Shown here: positions 21,160-32,622 of the stretch, one piece after another
How the letters are laid out: each line of letters begins with the position of its first letter
How positions within the stretch are numbered: position 1 is the first letter of the stretch
Source: Bradyrhizobium sp.
GTDB lineage: Bacteria; Pseudomonadota; Alphaproteobacteria; Rhizobiales; Xanthobacteraceae
NCBI GenBank assembly: GCA_019243075.1
Contig: JAFAUV010000190.1
Location: 1-49,329, forward strand
Direction: 5' to 3'
Length of the DNA: 49,329 nt
Position numbers and translations under genes: made by a program
The notes under the pieces: generated by a model
Told to the model about the DNA's origin: nothing
What the model saw: only the letters and a program-made list of their open reading frames with translations
Database searches by the model: none

Positions 21160-21433
21160 CCAAGGCAACTGGTCCGACGAACCATTCCCTGACCACATTC
21201 CAGAGGATCCCATGGAAGCCGCCATCGACCGCATCATGCAGACCTATGATCTGCTGGTGAACCGCACCGCTGCGGCGAGCGAGGAAGCCCGCGCCAAGGT
21301 GACGGAGTATCTCAAGACGCTGTTCGAGGCCGGTGAGCGCGACACGCATCGGCTGACGGTGTGCGGCCTGACTTATCTGCGTGAACTCGACGGCTCCAAC
21401 GACCCCGTGAAAGCCGGCTATACCGGCCTTTGA
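21152..21433 (+). CDS. Small hypothetical protein (up to 93 aa)
   Basis: The TTG start overlaps the previous stop (an ATG 18 codons downstream is an alternative). C-terminal LFEAGERDTHRLTVCGL. Confidence 0.75.
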   Translation: MSDQGNWSDEPFPDHIPEDPMEAAIDRIMQTYDLLVNRTAAASEEARAKVTEYLKTLFEAGERDTHRLTVCGLTYLRELDGSNDPVKAGYTGL

Positions 21434-21524
21434 ACGGCGCTTCAGCGGTCAAGGCCGCATCACAGCTTTGAGAACGGTCCGCAGCGGGCTTACCCGGTTA
21501 AAATGGGTTTGCTAAGGTCGGCCC

Positions 21525-22802
21525 GTGACCGGCTCGTTCACCCGCCGAAACGTCCTGAGCCTTGGTGCCGGCCTTGCCGCCGGCGCGATCGCGCGCGCAG
21601 CGCGTGCGCAGGATCAGACGCCGGACCAGATGCTGGACGAACTGATCCAGGAGAATCAGGATTCCAGCCTCGACAGCGGCTTCGATAGCGCCTCCCGCAA
21701 CGTCAAGCTGCCGAAGAAAACGCTGCCGACCCTCTCGCCATCGACAGCGCAGACCACCGAAGCCTCGATCGCGCAATATGAGGCCATCGTCGCCAAGGGC
21801 GGCTGGCCCGAGGTGCCGGCGATTGCCGAAGGTGCGCGCGGGGGCGTGAAGAGCGCGGCGATCCCGGCGCTGCGCCAGCGGCTTTCGATCGCGGGCGATC
21901 TCGAGCTCGATTCCGGCGACGCGCAGGTGTTCGATTCCTATGTCGATGCCGCCATGCGCCGCTTCCAGGTGCGCCACGGGCTGCACGCCGACGGCATCGT
22001 GCACGACACCACGCTCCGCGCGCTCAACGTGCCGGCCGAGATGCGGCTGCAGCAGCTCAGGATCAACGCCACGCGGCTGAAGCAACTCACCGGCGGTCTC
22101 GGCAACCGCCTTGTGGTCGCCAATATCCCGGCCGCGCAGATCGAGGCGATCGAGAACGGCATTGCCGTGACGCGCCACATCGCGGTCGCCGGCAAGCCGG
22201 ACCGGCCCTCGCCCGACATCAGCAGCAAAATCATCCAGATCAATTTCAACCCGTTCTGGACCGTTCCGGTCTCGATCGTGCGCAAAGACCTGATCCCGAA
22301 GATGCAGGCCGAGCCGGACTACCTCACCAAGAACCACATCCGCATCTACGATTCCAGGAACAACGAAGCCCCGCCCTCGCAGATCGACTGGTATTCGACC
22401 GAAGCGGTGAACTACAAGTTCAAGCAGGACGCCGGCAATTTCAATTCGCTCGGCTCGATCCGCATCAATTTCCCGAGCCAGTATGGCGTCTACATGCACG
22501 ACACGCCGGCGAAGAACCTGTTCGGCGAGGATTTCCGCTTTGCTTCCTCGGGCTGCATGCGCGTGCAGAATGTGCGCGAGCTGGTGTACTGGATCCTGCA
22601 GGAAAGCCCCGGCTGGTCGCGCGCCGAGATCGACCAGGTGATTGCGTCGGGCGAGCGCAAGGATGCCAAGGTCGCAAAGCCCGTTCCGCTCTACTGGGTC
22701 TATGTCACGGCTTGGGCCACCCCCGACGGCGTCGTGCAATTCCGCGATGACATCTATAACCGCGACGGTTTTGCCGGCCAGGCGAACGCGGTGAAGGGCT
22801 AG
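21525..22802 (+). CDS. Murein L,D-transpeptidase (YcbB/LdtP-like) with PG-binding domain and Tat signal
   Basis: TRRNVL twin-Arg leader, FQVRHGLHADGIV PG-binding domain, YMHDTP…ASSGCMRV catalytic motif. Confidence 0.93.
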   Translation: MTGSFTRRNVLSLGAGLAAGAIARAARAQDQTPDQMLDELIQENQDSSLDSGFDSASRNVKLPKKTLPTLSPSTAQTTEASIAQYEAIVAKGGWPEVPAIAEGARGGVKSAAIPALRQRLSIAGDLELDSGDAQVFDSYVDAAMRRFQVRHGLHADGIVHDTTLRALNVPAEMRLQQLRINATRLKQLTGGLGNRLVVANIPAAQIEAIENGIAVTRHIAVAGKPDRPSPDISSKIIQINFNPFWTVPVSIVRKDLIPKMQAEPDYLTKNHIRIYDSRNNEAPPSQIDWYSTEAVNYKFKQDAGNFNSLGSIRINFPSQYGVYMHDTPAKNLFGEDFRFASSGCMRVQNVRELVYWILQESPGWSRAEIDQVIASGERKDAKVAKPVPLYWVYVTAWATPDGVVQFRDDIYNRDGFAGQANAVKG

Positions 22803-22805
22803 GGG

Positions 22806-22970
22806 CTAGTCGGCGGGCTCGTGCTTTCGGCTGTCGAGATGCTCGACCAGAAGCTTGCGGTAGTGCGCGGCCATTTCGCGGTAATGCTGCCTGGAGATCG
22901 GATCGGCTGCGCTATCAGCCCGCTGCTCGAACATTTCGGCTTTCTGCCGGAAAACGGATGGCTCGGACAT
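22806..22970 (-). CDS. Small hypothetical protein (54 aa), absent from the ORF track
   Basis: GGGAG RBS, ATG 22970, TAG 22808-22806. MSEPSVFRQKAEMFEQRADSAADPISRQHYREMAAHYRKLLVEHLDSRKHEPAD. Confidence 0.7.
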   Translation of the reverse strand: MSEPSVFRQKAEMFEQRADSAADPISRQHYREMAAHYRKLLVEHLDSRKHEPAD

Positions 22971-23204
22971 GGCTCGCTCCCGTTTCGGACATCGTCGCTC
23001 CCACTACGAAAAAGTTAGTTAGGGCTTACTCGCGTGGGCCAAATGGCAAGCGGCGTGGCGTGATGTCACGATCGAGTGAGACCGCGCGCCTCGAAGGCCG
23101 GCTGCGGCGGCCTTGGCCCGCGAGACAGCCTGCAGCAGCTGGCATCCCAGCTCATTGATCGCCCAGGCTGATCGCGGGTGGTCTGGGAAGCTCCGCTGTC
23201 GGCC

Positions 23205-23275
23205 CCACAATATCTGGCATGATATCAAGACCCTACCGCAATGCCTTGGCCCGGACCCGGCAATGTGCTAATCGG
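23205..23275 (+). promoter_or_regulatory. Putative glyA promoter with tandem NrdR-box-like sites
   Basis: CCACAATATCTGG at 23205 and CCGCAATGCCTTG at 23236 (31 bp apart); TTGGCC…GCTAAT sigma70-like promoter. Confidence 0.45.
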
Positions 23276-23350
23276 CGCGCTACCGCTTCCGACCGCCACC
23301 ACAAGACCGACCGCGCCCCAGGGGATTGCGGCGGTGGAGATATTTCGCCG

Positions 23351-24661
23351 ATGAATGCTCCCTCGACCAGCGCCAAAGCCGCCTCCGCTCCTGATTCCTT
23401 CTTCAGCGCCAGCCTGACGCAGGCGGATCCCGAGATCGCGGCCGCGATCAAGGGCGAGCTTGGTCGCCAGCGGCATGAGATCGAGCTGATTGCGTCCGAA
23501 AACATCGTCAGCCGCGCCGTGCTGGAAGCGCAGGGCTCGGTGATGACCAACAAATATGCGGAAGGCTACCCGGGCGCGCGTTACTATGGCGGTTGCGAAT
23601 GGGTCGACGTCGCCGAGACGCTCGCGATCGAGCGCGCCAAGAAGCTCTTCGGTGCGCAGTTCGCAAACGTGCAGCCGAACTCCGGGAGCCAGATGAACCA
23701 GGCGGTGTTTCTGGCGCTGTTGCAGCCCGGCGATACCTTCATGGGCCTCGATCTCGCCGCGGGCGGCCATCTGACCCATGGTTCGCCCGTCAACATGAGC
23801 GGCAAGTGGTTCAAGGCCTCGCACTACACCGTGCGCCGCGAGGACCAGCTCATCGACATGGACGCGCTCGCGAGGCAAGCCGAAGAGGTGAGGCCGAAGC
23901 TGATCATCGCCGGCGGCTCGGCCTATTCGCGTCCCTGGGATTTCAAGCGCTTCCGCGAAATTGCAGACAGTGTCGGCGCGTATCTGTTGGTCGACATGGC
24001 GCATTTCGCCGGCCTGGTCGCCGGCGGCGTACATGCCTCGCCGGTGCCCCATGCCCATGTCACGACGACAACCACGCATAAGTCGCTGCGCGGCCCGCGC
24101 GGCGGCCTGATCCTCTGGAACGACGAAGCGCTGACCAAGAAGCTCAACTCGGCGATCTTCCCGGGCCTGCAGGGCGGTCCCCTGATGCATGTGATCGCGG
24201 CAAAGGCGGTGGCGTTTGCGGAAGCCTTGCGGCCGGAATTCAAGATCTACGCAAAGAACATCGTCGAAAATGCCAGGGCGCTCGCGGAAACGCTGCGCGG
24301 CCACGGCTTCGATATCGTCTCCGGCGGCACCGACAACCATTTGATGCTGGTCGATCTGCGCCCCAAGGGGCTGAAGGGCAACGTCTCGGAAAAGGCGCTG
24401 GTCCGCGCTGCCATTACCTGCAACAAGAATGGCATTCCGTTCGACCCCGAGAAGCCGTTCGTCACCTCGGGCCTGCGGCTCGGCACGCCGGCTGCGACCA
24501 CGCGCGGTTTCGGCGTTGCGGAGTTCAAGCAGGTCGGCGGCATGATCGCCGAAGTATTGGGCGCGATCGCGCAGTCGCATGACGGCCAGGCCCCGCTGGC
24601 GGAAGCTGCGATCAAGGAACGGGTGAAGGCGCTCACCGACCGCTTCCCGATCTACCAGTAA
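23351..24661 (+). CDS. glyA: Serine hydroxymethyltransferase
   Basis: [35 protein letters not shown] (PLP Lys). GGAG before ATG 23351. Confidence 0.98.
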   Translation: MNAPSTSAKAASAPDSFFSASLTQADPEIAAAIKGELGRQRHEIELIASENIVSRAVLEAQGSVMTNKYAEGYPGARYYGGCEWVDVAETLAIERAKKLFGAQFANVQPNSGSQMNQAVFLALLQPGDTFMGLDLAAGGHLTHGSPVNMSGKWFKASHYTVRREDQLIDMDALARQAEEVRPKLIIAGGSAYSRPWDFKRFREIADSVGAYLLVDMAHFAGLVAGGVHASPVPHAHVTTTTTHKSLRGPRGGLILWNDEALTKKLNSAIFPGLQGGPLMHVIAAKAVAFAEALRPEFKIYAKNIVENARALAETLRGHGFDIVSGGTDNHLMLVDLRPKGLKGNVSEKALVRAAITCNKNGIPFDPEKPFVTSGLRLGTPAATTRGFGVAEFKQVGGMIAEVLGAIAQSHDGQAPLAEAAIKERVKALTDRFPIYQ

Positions 24662-24674
24662 AGGCACTTTCGGA

Positions 24675-25157
24675 ATGCGTTGCCCGAGCTGCAACAGCCT
24701 CGATACCCAGGTGAAGGATTCCCGGCCCACGGAAGACTCCTCGGTCATCCGCCGGCGGCGGGTCTGCGTGACCTGCAATTTCCGCTTCACCACGTTCGAG
24801 CGCGTGCAGCTCCGCGAGCTCACCGTCATCAAGCGCAACGGCCGCCGTGTGCCGTTCGACCGCGACAAGCTGATGCGCTCGGTGCAGGTCTCCTTGCGCA
24901 AGCGGCCGGTGGATGCCGAGCGCGTCGAGAAGATGGTCTCCGACATCGTGCGCGAAATGGAGAGCGGCGGGGAGGCGGAGGTCTCCTCCGAGGTGATCGG
25001 CGAGAATGTGATGGAGCATCTGCGCAAGCTCGACGACGTCGCCTATGTCCGCTTCGCCTCGGTCTATCGCAATTTCCGCGAGGCCAAAGACTTTGAGAAC
25101 CTGCTCGGCGAGCTCTCCGGCGAGGACGAGGCGAGAATCGTCACGATACGCAAATGA
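24675..25157 (+). CDS. nrdR: Transcriptional repressor NrdR
   Basis: MRCPSC…IRRRRVC..C..RFTTFE zinc ribbon, ATP cone, [10 protein letters not shown]. Confidence 0.98.
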   Translation: MRCPSCNSLDTQVKDSRPTEDSSVIRRRRVCVTCNFRFTTFERVQLRELTVIKRNGRRVPFDRDKLMRSVQVSLRKRPVDAERVEKMVSDIVREMESGGEAEVSSEVIGENVMEHLRKLDDVAYVRFASVYRNFREAKDFENLLGELSGEDEARIVTIRK

Positions 25158-26314
25158 TCTTCCGCATCCTGGAAGACCAGCTTCGGGAAAAATCCGGCGC
25201 CGCGAAGCAAGCCGCAATGGAGGCCGACCGCCGCTACATGCAGCTTGCGTTGACGCTCGGCCGGCGGGGACTGGGCCGGACCTGGCCGAATCCGGCTGTC
25301 GGCGCCGTCGTGGTGAAGGACGGCGTCATCGTCGGTCGCGGCTGGACCCTGGTTGGCGGCCGCCCGCATGCCGAGCCGGAGGCGCTAAAGCGGGCCGGCG
25401 AGGCGGGCAGGGGCGCCACGCTCTACGTCACGCTCGAACCCTGCTCGCATTTCGGCAAGTCGCCGCCCTGCGTGGACGCGATCATTGCCGCCGGCATCTC
25501 GCGCGTTGTTGCCGCAATCGAGGACCCCAATCCGGAAGTCGCAGGGAAGGGGCACGCCAAACTGCGCGCGGCGGGCATCAGGGTTGATGTCGGCCTGTTC
25601 GCCGAGGAAGCCGCCCGCGACCATGCCGGCCACTTCCGCCGCGTCCGCGACGGCCGTCCGCATGTGATCCTGAAGCTTGCGGTATCCGCCGACGACAAGA
25701 TCGGCGCGGCGGGAAGCAAGCCGGTCGCGATCACGGGCGAAACGGCGCGGACGCGGGTACATCTATTGAGGGCGCAGAGCGACGCGATACTGGTCGGCAT
25801 CGGCACGGTGCTCGCGGACGATCCGCTCCTGACCTGCCGTCTGCCGGGCATGGCGGCCCGATCGCCGGTGCGGGTGGTGCTCGACCGCGCGCTGCGCATT
25901 CCCGGCAACAGCCGGCTCGTGCATTCCGCGCGCGAGACGCCGCTCTGGGTGGTCGCATCCGAGCTTGCGGAAGCGCCAGCCGCCGCAAAGCTCGGCGCGG
26001 CCGGGGCCCAGGTGTTCCGCGTTCCGCCGGCCTCGGCGTCCGGGCTCGATCTTTGGGCTGTCTTGAACGCGCTGTCGGAGAAGGGCATCACCCGCCTGCT
26101 GGTGGAAGGCGGCAGCCGCGTGGCTTCGTCCTTCGTGGCGGCCGATCTCGTCGACGAGGTCTGGCTCCTGCGCGGTCCGGAAAGCATCGGAGCCGGCGGC
26201 GTCGCTGCGCTGGGTGCATTGGGGCTCACGGAAATCACGCAGTCGCCGCGGCTTAAACTTCGTGCTAGCGAGACGCTTGGCAACGACACACTGGCCATCT
26301 ACGAGCGCGCGTAA
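25154..26314 (+). CDS. ribD: Bifunctional riboflavin deaminase/reductase RibD
   Basis: PNPAVG, HAE, TLEPCSH….PPC, LLVEGG. Confidence 0.96.
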   Translation: MIFRILEDQLREKSGAAKQAAMEADRRYMQLALTLGRRGLGRTWPNPAVGAVVVKDGVIVGRGWTLVGGRPHAEPEALKRAGEAGRGATLYVTLEPCSHFGKSPPCVDAIIAAGISRVVAAIEDPNPEVAGKGHAKLRAAGIRVDVGLFAEEAARDHAGHFRRVRDGRPHVILKLAVSADDKIGAAGSKPVAITGETARTRVHLLRAQSDAILVGIGTVLADDPLLTCRLPGMAARSPVRVVLDRALRIPGNSRLVHSARETPLWVVASELAEAPAAAKLGAAGAQVFRVPPASASGLDLWAVLNALSEKGITRLLVEGGSRVASSFVAADLVDEVWLLRGPESIGAGGVAALGALGLTEITQSPRLKLRASETLGNDTLAIYERA

Positions 26315-26925
26315 TGTTTACCGGCATTGTCACCGATATCGGCGAGATCACGAGCCTGCAGCCGGTGGCGCAGGGGCAATTGCACCGGCTGCGGATTGCC
26401 TCCACCTATGATCGTGCCACCATCGCCGACGGCGCCTCGATCGCCTGCAACGGCGTTTGCCTCACCGTGGTGGCGTCGGGCGTGCACGGCGACAAGACCT
26501 GGTTCGACGTCGACGCCGCCGCCGAAACCCTCGCGATGACGACGGCGAAGCATTGGTCTGTCGGCACCAGGCTCAATCTGGAACGCTCGCTCAAGATCGG
26601 CGACGAGCTCGGCGGGCACATCGTGGCGGGGCATGCCGACGGCATCGCCAAAATCATCGGCCGCGAGGATCTGCCCGACATGGCGCGGTTCGAACTGTCG
26701 ACCGCGCGAGAGCTGGCGCGCTTCATCGCGGCAAAAGGCTCGATCACGCTGGATGGCGTGTCGCTGACGGTCAATACGGTGCAGGACGTGAGGTTTTCCG
26801 TGCTGATCATCCCGCATACGCTCAATGTGACCACGCTTTCGGGCTGGCAGCTGGGCAGCGAGGTCAATATCGAGGTTGATCTGATGGCGCGCTATGCCGC
26901 GCGCCTGACCGAAATGAAGGTGTGA
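26314..26925 (+). CDS. ribE: Riboflavin synthase (alpha chain)
   Basis: MFTGIV N-terminus, [25 protein letters not shown]. Confidence 0.96.
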   Translation: MFTGIVTDIGEITSLQPVAQGQLHRLRIASTYDRATIADGASIACNGVCLTVVASGVHGDKTWFDVDAAAETLAMTTAKHWSVGTRLNLERSLKIGDELGGHIVAGHADGIAKIIGREDLPDMARFELSTARELARFIAAKGSITLDGVSLTVNTVQDVRFSVLIIPHTLNVTTLSGWQLGSEVNIEVDLMARYAARLTEMKV

Positions 26926-26926
26926 G

Positions 26927-27421
26927 ATGGCAGACGCGCGGCGCGCCCCGTTGAAGGACCAGACCGATATTTCCGGCGCTCGCGCGCTGATCGTCGAAGC
27001 GCGTTTCTATGACGACATCCAGGATGCGCTTCTGGAAGGCGCGGTGGCCGAGCTGAAAGCGGCGGGCGTTTCGTACGACGTCATTACGGTGCCGGGCGCT
27101 TTGGAGATACCGGCCGCGATCTCGATTGCAATAACGTCCGGTAGATATGGCGGCAGCCCGTATGACGCAGCGATCGCACTCGGCTGTGTCATTAAAGGTG
27201 AGACGATCCATTTTGAGATCGTGTCGATGGAATCCTCGCGCGCGTTGATGGATCTGGCGGTTGCAGAAAAATTTCCCATCGGCAACGGTATTTTGACGGT
27301 CAACAACGAGGAGCAGGCCTGGGTGCGGGCGCGCGCTTGCGAGCTCAACAAGGGCGGCGATGCCGCGCGCGCTGCGCTGGCGATGCTGCGCATCAAGCGC
27401 CGTCTCACGAGAGCGCAATGA
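26927..27421 (+). CDS. ribH: 6,7-dimethyl-8-ribityllumazine synthase
   Basis: [39 protein letters not shown]. Confidence 0.96.
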   Translation: MADARRAPLKDQTDISGARALIVEARFYDDIQDALLEGAVAELKAAGVSYDVITVPGALEIPAAISIAITSGRYGGSPYDAAIALGCVIKGETIHFEIVSMESSRALMDLAVAEKFPIGNGILTVNNEEQAWVRARACELNKGGDAARAALAMLRIKRRLTRAQ

Positions 27422-27918
27422 TGGCCGACAGCAAGAGCAAACCGGCGAAAGGCCCCGACAGGAAAGCCAACCGGCGCGGCGCGGCTCGGCTCGCCGCCGT
27501 GCAGGCGCTGTACCAGATGGACATCGCCGGCGCCGGCATCAACGACATTTTCGCCGAGTTCGAAAGCCATTGGCTCGGCAACGAGGTCGAGGGCGAGAAA
27601 TATCTGCCGGCGGAAGCCGCATTCTTTCGCGACGTCGTCTCGGGCGTGGTGCGGGACCAGACCAGGCTCGATCCGTTGATCGACGACGCGCTGTCGAAAG
27701 GCTGGCCGTTGAAACGGATCGACGCCATCCTGCGCGCGGTACTGCGCGCGGGAGCCTATGAGCTCGAGCATCGCAAGGATGTGCCGGGCCGCGTCGTCGT
27801 TTCCGAATATGTCGATGTCGCGCACGCCTTTGTCGAGCGCGAGGAGACCGGCATGGTGAACGCCGTGCTCGACCAGATCGCGCGCCAATTCCGCGACGAC
27901 GAGTTTGGGCGAGGGTAG
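27421..27918 (+). CDS. nusB: Transcription antitermination factor NusB
   Basis: RRGAARLAAVQALYQ, VSEYVDVA, MVNAVLD; follows ribH. Confidence 0.96.
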   Translation: MADSKSKPAKGPDRKANRRGAARLAAVQALYQMDIAGAGINDIFAEFESHWLGNEVEGEKYLPAEAAFFRDVVSGVVRDQTRLDPLIDDALSKGWPLKRIDAILRAVLRAGAYELEHRKDVPGRVVVSEYVDVAHAFVEREETGMVNAVLDQIARQFRDDEFGRG

Positions 27919-27926
27919 CTCAGCAT

Positions 27927-28010
27927 CGTCATTGCGAGGAGCGAAGCGAGCAAGCAGTCCAGGCTGTCTCCGCGGGTGCATTTCTGGATTGCCTGCTTCG
28001 CCCAATGACG
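27927..28010. repeat. CGTCATTGCGAG-family intergenic palindromic repeat (degenerate)
   Basis: Terminal inverted repeats CGTCATTG…CAATGACG and internal GCAGTCCAG/CTGGATTGC arms. Confidence 0.7.
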
Positions 28011-28025
28011 AGATGGTAGAAGGCG

Positions 28026-29027
28026 ATGACGAACGGGAACAAGCAGGCCTCCGGCGAAGACTCGCTGATCGCGCGCTATTTCAAGCCGCTGGCGACCGAT
28101 GCCGGCGCCTTCGCACTCGATGACGACGCTGCGATCCTGAAGGCGCAGGGCGAGGACATCGTCGTGACGACGGATGCGATCGTCGAGGGCGTCCATTTCC
28201 TGCCCGATGATCCCCCCGACACCATCGCGCGCAAGGCGCTGCGGGTGAATCTGTCGGATCTCGCGGCGAAGGGGGCGGCGCCGGCAGGGTTTGTGCTGAC
28301 ACTGGCGCTGCGCGAGGTCGACGGGGGCTGGCTTGCCGCGTTTGCGCGCGGGCTTGGCGAGGACGCTCAATCCTTCGCCTGTCCGCTGCTCGGCGGCGAC
28401 ACGGTTTCGACGCCCGGCCCGTTGACGGTCTCGATCACCGCCTTTGGCCGTGTCGGCGAAGGCAAAATGGTTCGCCGCAGCGGCGCCAGCGCGGGGGACC
28501 ACATCATGGTGACCGGGACGATCGGCGATGCCGCGCTGGGACTGGATGTTTTGAAAGGCGGCGCCGTCGCTGCCGCGCTCACCGGCGATCCCACGGGGAA
28601 GGAGCTGCTTGTCGGCCGCTATCGCGTGCCGCAGCCGCGCAGCACGCTCGCCAGAGCGGTCCGCGCGCATGCCTCTGCCGCGATGGATGTATCCGATGGG
28701 CTCGCCGGCGACCTGACAAAGCTCTGTGCGGCCTCCGGCGTGTCCGCGACGATTGATGCGCCGCTCGTTCCGGTTTCGGCGGTGGCCGCCGGCCTCGTTT
28801 CGCGCGGTGCCGTCACCCTGGAAACCCTGATCTGCGGTGGCGACGATTACGAGCTTCTCTGCACCGTGTCGGAGCCGCGCCGGAGCGCCTTTGCCGAGGA
28901 GGCCCGGCGGGCAGGGGTCGCGCTGACCGCGATCGGCATGGTCACCGCGGGGACCGGCGCGCCCCGGTTCTTGGATGGCGAGGGCGGCGAAATTCGGCTG
29001 ACGCGGTTGTCCTACAGCCATTTCTAG
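28026..29027 (+). CDS. thiL: Thiamine-monophosphate kinase
   Basis: DDDAA, VEGVHF, VNLSDLAAKGA, GGDT, MDVSDGL, GGDDYEL. Confidence 0.96.
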   Translation: MTNGNKQASGEDSLIARYFKPLATDAGAFALDDDAAILKAQGEDIVVTTDAIVEGVHFLPDDPPDTIARKALRVNLSDLAAKGAAPAGFVLTLALREVDGGWLAAFARGLGEDAQSFACPLLGGDTVSTPGPLTVSITAFGRVGEGKMVRRSGASAGDHIMVTGTIGDAALGLDVLKGGAVAAALTGDPTGKELLVGRYRVPQPRSTLARAVRAHASAAMDVSDGLAGDLTKLCAASGVSATIDAPLVPVSAVAAGLVSRGAVTLETLICGGDDYELLCTVSEPRRSAFAEEARRAGVALTAIGMVTAGTGAPRFLDGEGGEIRLTRLSYSHF

Positions 29028-29235
29028 GAATTGGATCGGAAACGTTGTTTCTTCCGATCGAAAATCCAGCCGAAAACCACCTTTTTGGGCGCTTCGGCGT
29101 TGCGCGGCCGGGTTGATTTTGGCATGGTCCGGCCCGATTTGAGGCCGCCCTTTTGGGCAGGGCCGGCCTCCTTCTTGAGCGTCCGCCGCGTTCGCGGCCG
29201 GGGCGTGGGGCCATCCAAGATCTGAGGCAAATTAG

Positions 29236-31356
<2,121 letters not shown>

Positions 31357-31379
31357 GCGGCGCGGTACAACGAAACGCG

Positions 31380-31410
31380 AAACCCCGCGGCGCGAAGCCG
31401 CGGGGTTTTT
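31380..31410. terminator. Bidirectional intrinsic terminator between hppA and bamE
   Basis: AAAACCCCGCGGC-GCGAA-GCCGCGGGGTTTTT. Confidence 0.85.
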
Positions 31411-31447
31411 GCATGAGGGGCGCGTAGGCGCGGGCGGACCCGTGGCG

Positions 31448-31963
31448 CTAATTGAAGCTGAGCAATTTGAACAGCGGCGTCAGGTACGAGAGCTCCTGAC
31501 CGGAGGTCGGCGTGGTGCGGCTGACGAAATCGAAGATGTGGCCGTCTTTCAGGCCGTAATTGGCCAGCCGCTTAACCTGCCGGTTCTTGTCGAAGTAGAT
31601 CGCGATCACGCGCTGGTCGACGACCTTCTGGTTCATGAACATCACCGGGCGCTCGGCGCGCTGGGAGATGTAATAGAAGACCTCGCCGTCCAGCGTCGCG
31701 ACGGTCGACGGCGTGCCCATCACGATCAGCACCTGGTCCTGGCTGGCACCGATCGGGATCTGCTCCAATGCGCCTGGCGGCAGGATATAGCCCTTCTGGA
31801 ACTGCTCGCCGGTGCAGGCGGCGAGCAGGCCGCAGACGAGCGCCGCTGCCGTGGCCGAGCGCAGGCCGCGCCGCGCAAAAAAGCCGCGCCACGCAAACAC
31901 GCCGCGCCAATTCGCGAAAAGGCGGCGGGCAGCGGTCCACTGATTCTTGCTGGTCTCAATCAT
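31448..31963 (-). CDS. bamE: Outer-membrane assembly lipoprotein BamE (SmpA/OmlA)
   Basis: Lipobox LLAAC, GASQDQVLIVMGTPS, FYYIS. The start is uncertain (long basic leader). Confidence 0.9.
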   Translation of the reverse strand: MIETSKNQWTAARRLFANWRGVFAWRGFFARRGLRSATAAALVCGLLAACTGEQFQKGYILPPGALEQIPIGASQDQVLIVMGTPSTVATLDGEVFYYISQRAERPVMFMNQKVVDQRVIAIYFDKNRQVKRLANYGLKDGHIFDFVSRTTPTSGQELSYLTPLFKLLSFN

Positions 31964-32073
31964 GTCGGAACGGGTCCGGTCCTCTTGCATCCGGCGAGGC
32001 GTTGACGTACCGGGCGAGAGCCCCGTTTGCAACATGCGCACGGCCCGACAGGGCTCGCCTGCGGAACCCCACA

Positions 32074-32622
32074 ATGCTTTGGCCGCTCAATCACTTCAGG
32101 AAACCCCGGCTAGCCCCGCGCGGCACCATCGAGGCCATCTATGGCATGATCGTGACGCAGGCGCGAGAACCCTTGTTTTATCGGCACTTGGGCGTGGAGG
32201 ATACGGTAAACGGCCGTTTCGACCTGCTTCTCCTGCATTTGTGGATGGTATTGCGCCATCTGCGCGGCCTTCCCAGTGGAGTCGAGCTGTCGCAGGCATT
32301 GTTCGACCATTTTTGCGCCGACATGGACGCGAACTTGCGGGAAATGGCCGTGGGCGACCTGGCGGTGCCGAAGAAGATGCAGGTCGTCGGCGAGGCCTTC
32401 TATGGCCGGTCGGCGGCCTATGACATGGCGCTATCCGAGAACGCCGAGGCGTTGGCACGGGCCATCAACCGAAATGTGCTGGATGGCGAGCAGATCGAGA
32501 ACGCACGCCGGCTCGCCGCCTATGCGCAGGCCGCCATCGCATCGCTCGCTGGTCAGAGCGATGCAGGGCGGCTTCTCGCCTGGAAATTTCCGATGCCGCT
32601 CGCCGAGGAGGCATCCGCATGA
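32074..32622 (+). CDS. Ubiquinol-cytochrome c chaperone (Cbp3 family)
   Basis: AREPLFY..LGVEDTVNGRFDLLLLH, DMDANLREMAVGDLAVPKKM. Confidence 0.9.
   Translation: MLWPLNHFRKPRLAPRGTIEAIYGMIVTQAREPLFYRHLGVEDTVNGRFDLLLLHLWMVLRHLRGLPSGVELSQALFDHFCADMDANLREMAVGDLAVPKKMQVVGEAFYGRSAAYDMALSENAEALARAINRNVLDGEQIENARRLAAYAQAAIASLAGQSDAGRLLAWKFPMPLAEEASA

Noticed and set aside
23276-23350. ZMP/ZTP riboswitch before glyA
   Set aside because: The conserved GUGACUGGCG…GCCUGGGC core is absent on the sense strand. GCCTGGGC occurs only antisense at about 23161 without the 5' core.
23225-25027. Long antisense ORFs (600 aa here; also 28942-30735, 197-1426, 13073-14356, 42813-44114, 46989-48224)
   Set aside because: These are typical stop-poor antisense shadows of high-GC3 genes and show no recognisable motifs.
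27919-28025. TPP riboswitch before thiL, or an FMN riboswitch in the rib operon
   Set aside because: No CUGAGA or RFN cores; the segment is a palindromic repeat, and the rib genes are translationally coupled.
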